Assembly: GCA_000165425.1 (NCBI GenBank)
Contig: CT868396.1
Location: 208,826-272,825, forward strand
Direction: 5' to 3'
Length of the DNA stretch: 64,000 nt
DNA from: Paramecium tetraurelia
Taxonomy: Eukaryota
Shown: piece after piece, positions 53,741 through 64,000 of the stretch
How the letters are laid out: each line of letters opens with the position of its first letter
How positions within the stretch are numbered: position 1 is the first letter of the stretch
Program-made: the position numbers and the translations under genes
Notes under the pieces: generated by a model
What the model was told of the DNA's origin: nothing
Databases searched by the model: none
The model's input: the letters and a program-made list of their open reading frames with translations, nothing else

Positions 53741-55444
53741 TCATTTTTTTTCATGTAATAAAATTCTATATGGTCTAACATCTTCTGATTTATTAATAAC
53801 AAAATATTGCCATGGGATCATTTCTGAACTTTGTCTAATTTTTTTTGGATTGACTCTTGACATAAAGATTACAGCAAATTGTTTATCACCAATATAAGTG
53901 TAGTTAGCATATCCATCTTTAATACAGACATTAAAATTATTTGAAAAATAAATTCCATTCCCTACCTTCACTTGGTTGTTGAATTCATCTAAACAGGTGT
54001 AATTGGAACAACGATTTTAAGTTCCAGGTTGTAAATTACTTTTCACAATTCCACCAACAAAGTGTTGTTTTGTTCCATGATACATAATCCTCCATTCATT
54101 CTGGTTACCATTCATTAATATCCAATCTTAATTATCTCCATATTTTTTTACATTTAACCCAAATCCATAACAACCTATTGGAAAATAATAATCATATCTA
54201 TGATAAGGAGGACCTCTCTATTCTTTCTCATGAAAACCATCCCAACTCATATTGTGAGAAGGATTAAAATCATCAGAAGATAGAACAGCTCCTGATGCAC
54301 TTGCTTTATCAAAATAAGCTACCTATTCAATTTTGCCATTACAATATTCCTTCAGAAATTTTTAGGCTTCTGGTTTATTGTAAATCTATTATTGGATGTC
54401 ATCGATTTTGTTTCCTGTAATTTAAAATTTAATTTCAAAACTTCCCTTTGATACTCCCAAAATTTCAATTTAATCAATTGAAATATTAAGTGAATTTGAT
54501 AGTTTTTATTTAAATTCTAATAAATGCTATTCTAATAATTGAGTATCATTCACAATGGAATCATAATCAAGATTAGTGTTTCTAACTTTAAGACAAGACT
54601 AATCAGAACCATATGCTCCTAAAATTGAATCAAATCCATTTGAATACTATTAACTTGTTGCTAGTAATTCTCTATTTTAATCTCTTAATAACGATTCCTT
54701 TAAAACATAAAGTGCTAATTCTGGATTTGAAGCCTCAATATTTTACTTTATATGAGGAATTGATTTCGCTTAACCTGAATCCTTTAATTTTGTAAATAGT
54801 TATTATTAAAATTAATGTTTATAATATTATTTTTGATTATTTGTAAGTTTATTATTATTGTCTAATTTTTATATTTCTTAGTTTAATGTCACTATTTATT
54901 GTTGAATTGGTTGTTTTTAAATTTGTTATTGCTTCAATACTTAATCTTAAATTGGTTATAAGAGCTAATTATTCCTTTCCTTTTATTGCTATACTCTCTT
55001 TCTATCTTCTTGCTATTATCTTATTTTTTCTTATTCTATTTTCCTTCTATTTTCTTCTTCGAGGTATCTATTCCTTTCCTACTCCTATCTTCTATTCTCT
55101 TCTTCGACCTTCCTTTTATTCTCTTCTTCGATTTACCTTATCCTTTCTTGCTCTTCTATCCTTTTTTCCTATTCAACTTTTCTTCTATTTTCTTCTTCAA
55201 TCTATCTTTTCCTTACTTCCTCCTATATTATTTTTTCTTATTCCACTTTCCTTCTTTTTTCTTCTTCGAGTTATTAGTTCCTTTCTTGCTCTTCTCTGAT
55301 TTTTTCTTATTCCACCTTTTTTATATATTCTTCTTCAAGTAATCTTTATCCCCTCTTGTTTTCCTCTTTTTTTATCCAATATTGAAACAACTAAATAATG
55401 AAATAAGAAACAATTATGTTTCCTATAAACTCTAAGAGGATCAT
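53741..55444 (-). CDS. NEURL4/PARP-like ADP-ribosyltransferase-fold protein, copy 2 (intact, 567 aa; N-terminal hydrophobic anchor + coiled coil)
   Basis: 1704 nt in frame from MILLEFIGNIIVSYFIIQLFQYWIKK to ...DVRPYRILLHEKK*; YHGT and GIYFS motifs. Confidence 0.88.
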
Positions 55445-57791
55445 TTATTAATAATTTTGGATTTTATTTCTCTAAAAAACTTAATTATGCTTTTAATAGA
55501 ATTTAACCTTTTTTTATTTGTTTAATTTCATTTTTCAAGTTTGATTGAATAATAATAGAATTTCAAATAAAATTTTATCATACCCTCTAATTCATATAAA
55601 AATTATTAAGTAAATCTTAAAAAGATATTATGTCATACTTTCCTGATAAATTTAATCAGATAACTTCTACATTTCTCTAAATCAAACTAAGATACCTTTC
55701 CATATAATTTTTAATAATGACATTTGATCCACAATTAAATCTTAATATCAAAATCTTCTTAAAATTAATTAAGTTTATAATTATTTGAAAATATTCATGC
55801 GAGGAAATTTATCCTTACATCAATCTTTTTTTATAAAAATTTATTAAAACAATAAAATCAATTATCTTGTTTTTATCTAAACAATCTATCAAAAAATTTA
55901 AAATATGAAATCAATTTATTCCTTATCTCCAACTTCAAAGGACTTAATAATTCCGGAATGTTTAAAACTTTTTTTATGAGATTTTAAGAATAGGTGGTCT
56001 ACGAAAGTAAATATGATAACCTATTTGATATTGAGAGAAAAGATATTTAAAAAGAAATATAAACGATTATTGGAACTATTCGTGTATCAGATTCGCAGTA
56101 TCCAAATTCATAATGGCCATTCTAAATCTTTATATTTATGCACAATTTTATAATTTTCTAATTGTTCAAGAATTAATTTCGGACAAAATGTACAAGTATT
56201 AAGATTGCAACTTACCATAAATAAGAATAATAACAAATATATATTAAGTCTTTTAATAATATGTACTTAACTTCACATACACTTTAATTTAGTTGTATGA
56301 AGATGTTATTGAGAGTGCCAAAGTTAAAGATGGCAAAGAATTATATGCAATGAGTCTTACTAAATAAACTTAATTACACAATATTATAAGCCCGATTTCA
56401 CATGAAACAATAATTAAACATTGTGAATGTAATTAAGGAAAAAAATTATCTGCTTTTCAACTCAAGAAGCGTTATATAAGTTTTGATTAAGGATACAGAG
56501 AACAGATTTAGGATACAGAGAACATTATCTCTTTAATAGAATTATTTTTACTAATCACTTAAGGGTTTGACTTTGAAAGTTTATTTGAGTATTATAAAAT
56601 ATTAATGTGAAATTGGTGGAAAAAAAAAAGAAAGGATCTTTAATAAGTTAAATCAATCCGATGGTGGCTAAATTCAGAATAAATCGAAGACTTAAGTTTT
56701 ATTGATATTTTTATGATTAGTAAATTATTATTTCCAATCAAAATCTTCTCCCTTTGCGCTGATAAACAACAATCAGATAATTGGAATTTTCTTTTTAAAT
56801 AAAGAATGTAGTATGATTCAAATTTATTAATTTGAAAATCATTTTTACAAATATATTCTATTTAAATTTGTAATTAACTCTTAAAATGTCATTATATATA
56901 TTATTATTATTAATTTATAAAAAAGATAGAAGAATTATTTCCAAGTACACTGTACACTGGTATTATATATGAAGTACATTTATTACTAAAAGATCTCTCA
57001 AAAGTAATATCGAAAATATAAATTTTAATACTGGTAACAACTTATTAAACCCACATAAATAGTTTTTCTATTATTTAGAACATTGAGAGTTATGGATGAA
57101 AACTCAATAAAGAAGAGTTTACTGAGATTTTTTAACATGACATGAAATTCTATTTTATAAACAGTTTTTTTTAATACTGTTCCAAAATTAAATATAATTC
57201 ATGCAGAGGTAGAGATAATGTTTCTAAGATAATAAATTAAAGGGATAAAATGATATGGAAGAAACATAAGAAAAAGGAAAAAAAAAAGAATTTGAAAATT
57301 AGTATAAAGACTTTAGAATCTAATATCAGAATATTTATATAATAGATTTACCTTTGATTAAATATATTATTTTTAAATTATGTACAATTGAGAACCAAGC
57401 TTACTGGTTGNNNNNNNNNNNNNNNNNNNNNNNNNNNNNNNNNNNNNNNNNNNNNNNNNNNNNNNNNNNNNNNNNNNNNNNNNNNNNNNNNNNNNNNNNN
57501 NNNNNNNNNNNNNNNNNNNNNNNNNNNNNNNNNNNNNNNNNNNNNNNNNNNNNNNNNNNNACAATTGAGAACCATCACAAATTGTTTAGAACATCTCATC
57601 ATTCATCCCTTCATAATCAAAATTTAAGACCTCAAAATTCTCATCTTTAAATTGAATTATAATTTAACAACCTATTCTAAAATATTAACAAATGAAAAAA
57701 TTATGATTGTTAAATCGCATATATAGTAGATAATAGAGGTCAAAATCATTTGCAAGTCTATAAATAATAAATAATAATAATACATAATAGA

Positions 57792-59017
57792 TCATTCTTT
57801 TTAATGTAATAAAATTCTATATGGCCTAACATCTTCTGAATTATTGATTACGAAAAATCTTTAAGCAATCATTTCTTTGCTTTGTCTAATTTCTCTTGGG
57901 TTGACTCTTGACATAAAGATCACAGCGAATTGTTTATTACCAATTTAAGTGTAGTTAGTATATCCAAAACAAACTTCAATCTTATCTGAGAAATAAATTC
58001 CATTCCCTACCTTCACTTGGTTGTTGAATTCATCAAAACATAGTTAATCACAATAACTATTATTGCTACCAGGTTTTAAATTAGTTTTCACAATTGAACT
58101 AACAAAGTGTTGTTTTGTACCATGATACATAATCCTCCATTCATTCTGGTTACCATTCTTTTATATCCAATCTTAATTATATCCATATTTTGCTACATTT
58201 AATCCAAATCCATAACATCCTATTGGAAAATAATAATCATATTTGTGATAAGGAGGACCTCTCTGTTATTTCTCAGGGTAAATATCCCAACTCTTATTGT
58301 AAGAAGGATTAAAATCATCAGATGAAAGTCTGATTCCATTAGCACTTACTTAATCAAAATATGCTATCTATTCAATTTTGCCATTACAATATTCCTTCAA
58401 AAATTTTAATGCTTCTGGTTTATTGTTAATCTATTATTGGATGTCATTGATACTTTTTCCTGTAATTTAAAAATTAATTTCAAAACTTCCCTTTGATACT
58501 CCCAAAATTTCAATTTAATCAATTGAAATATTAAGTGAATTTGATAGTTTTTATTTAAATTCTAATAAATGCTATTCTAATAATTGAGTATCATTCACAA
58601 TGGAATCATAATCAAGATTAGTGTTTCTAACTTTAAGACAAGATTAATCAGAACCATATGCTCCTAAAATTGTATCAAATCCATTAAATTACTATTAACT
58701 ATTAAGTAATAAGTCTCTATTTTAATCTCTTAATAAAGATTCTTTTAAAACATAAAATGCTAATTCAGGATTTGAAGCCTCAATATTTTAATTTACATGA
58801 GGAATTTATTTCGCCTCGTTTAATTTTGTAAATAATAATTATTAATATTAATGTTTATAGTATTATTTTTGATTATTTGTAAGTTCCTCATTATTATCTA
58901 AGTTTATTATTTCTTATTTTAATGTCTATATTTATTGTTGGGTTGGTTGTTAACAAATTTTTTATTATATTGATGTCCATTTTAAGCCTCATTATTTAAA
59001 ACTAATATTTAATTCAT
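57792..59017 (-). CDS. NEURL4/PARP-like ADP-ribosyltransferase-fold protein, copy 3 (no coiled-coil repeats; start needs a 1-nt correction near 58985)
   Basis: Open homologous frame 58979 to 57792 (396 codons) with YHGT, GIYFS and DVRPYRIL; the nearby ATGs (59017, 58980) are out of frame. Confidence 0.78.
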
Positions 59018-59916
59018 ATTATAAATATCTGCAAGAAATATTAAGTGTTTTAAGTATATTAATTGAAAATGGCAATTTAATAGAATTATAGAATAAAAGT
59101 TATTTTTTAATAGAATTCTGCTCTTTTATTTATGATTCGAGAAATTTTGGAAATTAATTTTTTTGCTTTTATAAATTATATTTTTAACAGAAAAAAATAT
59201 CTAAAAATAACAATTTAGTTCATTACAATTTGCAAAAGTAAACCGTTAATCACCAATTATAAAAAAATGAAATTTAATAATATTTAGCAATTCCCTTAGA
59301 AAAGAAAATTTTGAGAAGGAAATTGCTAAATCTAATAATAAAATGAAATTGATTTCTTGATCTTCTGAGTAAAAGATCAAATACATGTCTCAGTGAAGAA
59401 AATAACAATTAAAGGCATTTTCTTGGAAAAGAAATTCTAAATTATTCTAAACAACAAATATAAATGTATAAAAACAAGAACTTCCTACTAATCTATTAAT
59501 TGGATGGTGGTCAGCCTCTTATACGATTTTGATATATTCAGGTACATCTCTTAGGACATGCAAATTTTATTCATCCAAGATTTTTAATTTATAATTCTCG
59601 ATTAGCTTTGAAGGTTTAGGATAAAAAAATTCTGTAAATCTGAATTAATAATTATATATTTCATTTATTTTAACTAAAAGAAATCTGTCTCAACTCTAAA
59701 TCAAATGAGACTCGAAGTTAATTATTCTATACATGAGTTGCTTTTTATTGATTAGCAACTTAATAATTATTTGTAATAAATAATTCTTATATCGGAATCT
59801 ATTATTGAAGTTAAAATGTTATTAGTGTTGATATCTTTCATATAGCTTCAAAACTAAGGAACTATATTATAAACTATTAGTTTCTTTATCTTTTAGAATT
59901 TATTAATATTTAGATT

Positions 59917-62900
59917 ATGAATTGTTTACAAATGCAATAAATATACTAATAACCTTAGTTAATAAGTGTGGCTCCTTATTTAGCTTCCTATTGTGTTGGA
60001 TATCACAAAGAATATCCAATATCTTTGCATCAGCAAGTGTTTGAGCCTGACTTTACAATGAAACCAAATTATAAAGCCATCAAAACATTTGATCCTTAAT
60101 AACTTGTGAGATATTTGCAAAATCATTTTCCTTTGATAAGGAGAAACATTTTTTAATTTGAAGATTAGATGAGAAAGTTAAATTAAATATTTGGATAGAT
60201 TGTTATAAATGGTAATCTATATTTAAATAGATTAGGTTACCACATTGATGATTTCTTAAAATAATTCTATTTCGTTTTGGATAAAAGATTGCAAAGGCTC
60301 TTTGATGATCTTGATTAGCACTTAATCAAATTGAAAGTAAAATAAGCATAGGAATTGATACCAGGTGACTACAGAATTGGGGACACTCGAAAACATATTA
60401 GATAAAAATTAATAGATATGTCAAACGATTTTGTGACTAAATTTGCTTCCAGAACAAATCCACAAGCATATGATAGAGAAGTTATAAAAATAATTGATCA
60501 AATTTTAAGAATCTATGAATTACAGAAATATGATCATGGATGGCATTTTATCATAAATATCACAAAATTCAATCTAGAAGATGTATTGGAAAGGGCTTGC
60601 AATAATGAACCCACCTAATTTTAAAAAATAGATGAACTGATTGAATCCATGTTTATTATTTCAATGAAATAAGTTAAGGATGCTACTGAACATGAAAATA
60701 CAAGCCCACTCTTTGTTTTTAATAAGGATGCTGTGTTGTCTAGGTAATTCTATTATTTTATCATAAAGATTTCATTCAATTATCAATGATAGATCAGATC
60801 CCTAAATATCCATTAATGATTTGTATTATATAAGTAAAACTGTGTGTATGAGAGATAGAAGAATCATTTACAACGAATTTTATGATTAAATTAATAAGGA
60901 ACTTAAAGAAATTGCTCCTGAATATTTCTAATTTGCAACAACAGAAAAGAGCGAATATTAAAAGAAAAGAGAAGAACTTCATAAAAAATTAATAAAAACT
61001 TAAAGCGATTGGGAATCTTTAAAGGAAGATGAAATTTACTATCTAATTTTAGAGGATAGAATTAATGAAGAGGTTTTAAGAAAGGTTCCCTTGACAAGTG
61101 AAAGATAGTTACAATAATTGTAAAATTTAAGTGCCTTCGCAAACAAATCTTCCAAACTATAATCTGATGCAGTAACTTTGCTTAAGGAGATCTTGGATCA
61201 CAAAGATGAATCAAAAGTCTATATTGAAACCAAACTCCAAGAGGCTTTGGATAAGGCAAAATAATATTATACAAAGATGACACCTGGTAGAACGCCATCC
61301 TCAAATTAAATTAAATAATACGTAGATAGTCTTTATAGTGAATTAACCAACTTATTAAACTCAGATATCTCTAAGTTTTAAGGATAAATGTCATAAACTG
61401 ATAAGTCTGTTGAACAATAACTTGCTAAAAACAAACAGAATCCTTATTTATAATAAGTATAAAAAGAACTTCAAAAGTAACAGGTTAGAGATCATATATA
61501 AAAAGAACACGAAAATGAAATGAAAAGCAGATATGAATTAGTTGATTTCGTGATAAGATCATAGTATTAGCAAGATCTATCTAAAGAAAATGCATCAACA
61601 AAACCAACTTAGCCTTTAAATAAAATTGTAATCATGGAAGGTAGTTCTATAGCAAATGAACATTATTATGGAAGATAAATTGAAAACAATCAAAAACCTG
61701 AGTAAGAAGGTAAATATGAATAATGGATAAATAAAAACAAGTCTGAAAATAGTTCGAGTTTGAGTAAAAATGTCGATGTCGCTTCCATATCAAAATAACA
61801 TGTCCTTAAAAATGTGGGATAACCATCAGACTCTGAATAATTTAGAAAAGAATATTTAGAGAAAAATAACCAACAAACAACAAAACCAGATCCAAAACTA
61901 ATAATTTAACAGGAGCCACCAATAAAGCCAGATCCATTAATAGATACCCAAATACAAAAACAAACAAAAAACCCAGATCCTCCTATAGATCCTCAATAAA
62001 AAGCACCATCAACTGAGGTGGATCCTCCTTAAAAGGAACCATCGACTAAGACTTATCCTCAACAACAACAACTTTCAACTAATATATATCCTTTTAAAGA
62101 TATCCATATAAAATAGCCAGAAGCTTCAAATCCAATAGAATTAAATCAGAAAAATATTATAGAACTTAATTAATCCTTCTAGTCTTAGATATAATCTGGT
62201 AGCGAATCTATTTTAGAAAAGGATTCTGAAAATTTAAATGAAATAAGATAGTCTGAAAATGAAGTATGGGAGATTGATTTTATTCTTATAACCCCAGAAA
62301 TTTTGCCCTCAATAAATAAGTATACTAAAGGAACAAAGTATGGAAAAAAAATTCTAATTACAATGAAAGAATTTAATTCTATTGAATATGTAATTTAATT
62401 GTTTGAAGATTTTAATTTATAAGATAAGGCTTACTTTTTAGATTTTGATGTAGCACTAGAGCTATTGGCCATTTTTGATAAATTAATTTCTTAAGAAGAA
62501 GTTGAAGATGATGTTGAAAGATTAGATTCTTATATAAAGATGACATATCAGAAAAGTACTGGAAGAAAAAACTTTGGTGAATAAAAAAACTTTTTCCCAT
62601 TTCAAGATAATCGATTTTTGTTTTATTTAGTTGAAAAGGATCCTGATTCAAATTAATTAATATTCTATTTCGATGAATAGCCAAATGAAGATGAAATGGG
62701 GGAAGAATTCGATCAATTTTTGCAGATGTTCCAATAGATTTTCTAATGTGAAGAGTTTGAAATTTCTCAAGTGATTCTTCCACCTTAATCAAAAATAAAG
62801 CTTGATTCCTTTGGAGCTGATGGAAACTATATAAAGTATATGATGACAGTTTTTACAATTATTTATGAGCAATAAAATATTTAGCGAGACATAATTATAA

Positions 62901-63544
62901 ATGATGACACAATTGAAAGAGCATTTTGGGCTTTAAATTAATATATGGAATTATACACAGCATTGCAAGAGAATGAGGAAGATGTTAGAAATACCTTTAT
63001 TGAAATGATAGAATAGGCACAAAAGAATAATAATACTGTAATAATTAAAGCAATAGAAGAGTATTACTCAAAAGAAGGACTTGAAAATTCATCATTAGTA
63101 AAAATTATACATTATATTTTAGCAAATATAAGAGATTTATGACGACTTCTTGTAAAATAAGGTTATAAAATAAGCCTTTTTCTCTATAGATATTGTAATT
63201 TAAGAATAATAATAAAAGTATAGTCTTTATGTTCATCTATAAAAAGTAGCAAAAACTAATTTTCTAAAGGTATAATCATTAAATTTAGCTAGATATTTAC
63301 TCTAGAAAGCTATGGAGAATTCAATGAATTGATGTTTAACATGTTATTGATAAATGATGGCTTATTTACATATGAAATTTACTAAGATTTTCCAAGACAT
63401 AAAATTTTCTAAGAATATAGCGAAGTAACGCTGGGAGCATTTTACCATCTTGTAATAAAGAAAAATTTAACACCCGAAGAGGCTATGGCAAATTTAGTTT
63501 TCTCAGTAGTTCCATATAGTCTTATTTTAAAAAAATAAGAATGA
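59917..63544 (+). CDS. Large hypothetical protein (1200 aa): N-terminal helical region, Pro/Gln-rich linker, globular C-terminus
   Basis: ATG 59917 to TGA 63544 is in frame after removing a 25-nt intron (60744-60768); KPDP/DPP repeats at ~61870-62100. Confidence 0.8.
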
Positions 63545-64000
63545 TTTATTAACTTAAAAATAAATATATAAATTTTAAATTCTTTTATGAGTTAAATATT
63601 TGTAGTTTTGTTTGTTATAAAATCATTTATCTTAGATAAGAAAAATACAATTATTGCCAATTGCAAATCCTCAAACTATATTGTTTACAGAAATGACACT
63701 GTTAATTGAAATCACTTTGAATCCTTAAATATTCTTAATTCACTGATTTAAATAATGGAATTTACAGTATTTAGGATTAGAACCATCCGCTTTATTGTAA
63801 ATTTATCCATTAAATTATTCCAATGTTAGGTTCCACCTATTATGCATTAAATCTATCACATTTTTAATTATTTATTGAGAAATAAATAGAATTTTTTACA
63901 AAAATAGTAATGTTACTTATAAAAAAATATCACTTTTCAAATTTATTATTGCAAATTACTCATTTAGATTGTTTAGGATATATTTGAGGTAATTTCTTCA

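Noticed and set aside
54886..55342. Phe/Leu-rich + strand ORFs resembling membrane proteins
   Set aside because: Antisense of the GAA-rich coiled-coil repeat of ART copy 2.
56490..56524. 15-nt direct repeat aggatacagagaaca
   Set aside because: Isolated micro-duplication in a decayed spacer with no further structure.
57383..57574. Direct repeat acaattgagaacca flanking the N-gap, resembling a target-site duplication
   Set aside because: More simply an unmerged contig overlap with a junk read tail (aagcttactggttg).

Overview
AT-rich (visibly >70% A+T) ciliate macronuclear DNA, almost certainly Paramecium. Genes read only with the ciliate code (TAA/TAG = Gln, TGA = stop), carry 22-32 nt GT..AG introns, and there is a mixed TTGGGG/TTTGGG telomeric tract. 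The supplied ORF track used the standard code and is mostly fragments or antisense shadows. The window has three zones. (1) 1-24.8 kb is gene-poor and decayed: a kinase, a small membrane protein, a GTPase-degenerate EF-2 paralog, pseudogenes (MORN-like repeat gene, copine, ankyrin-ART), a long secreted/membrane-protein ORF, and a telomere tract at 22.2 kb. (2) 24.8-49.7 kb is an extremely compact housekeeping block: TBC RabGAP, XPB-like helicase, Rdx-like protein overlapping COG1-like, Rab11, kinase, DEPDC5/IML1, PP2A-C, CCDC81-like, TLDc, archaeal-type AlaRS, 7TM receptor and two 8-Cys GPI-type proteins. (3) 50-64 kb holds a tandem array of three NEURL4/PARP-like ADP-ribosyltransferase genes with near-identical cores, hypervariable active-site loops and variable N-termini, followed by a 1200-aa protein. 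The ART array is the best candidate for an undescribed conflict/defence system. All translations and assignments were done by eye; no database searches were run.
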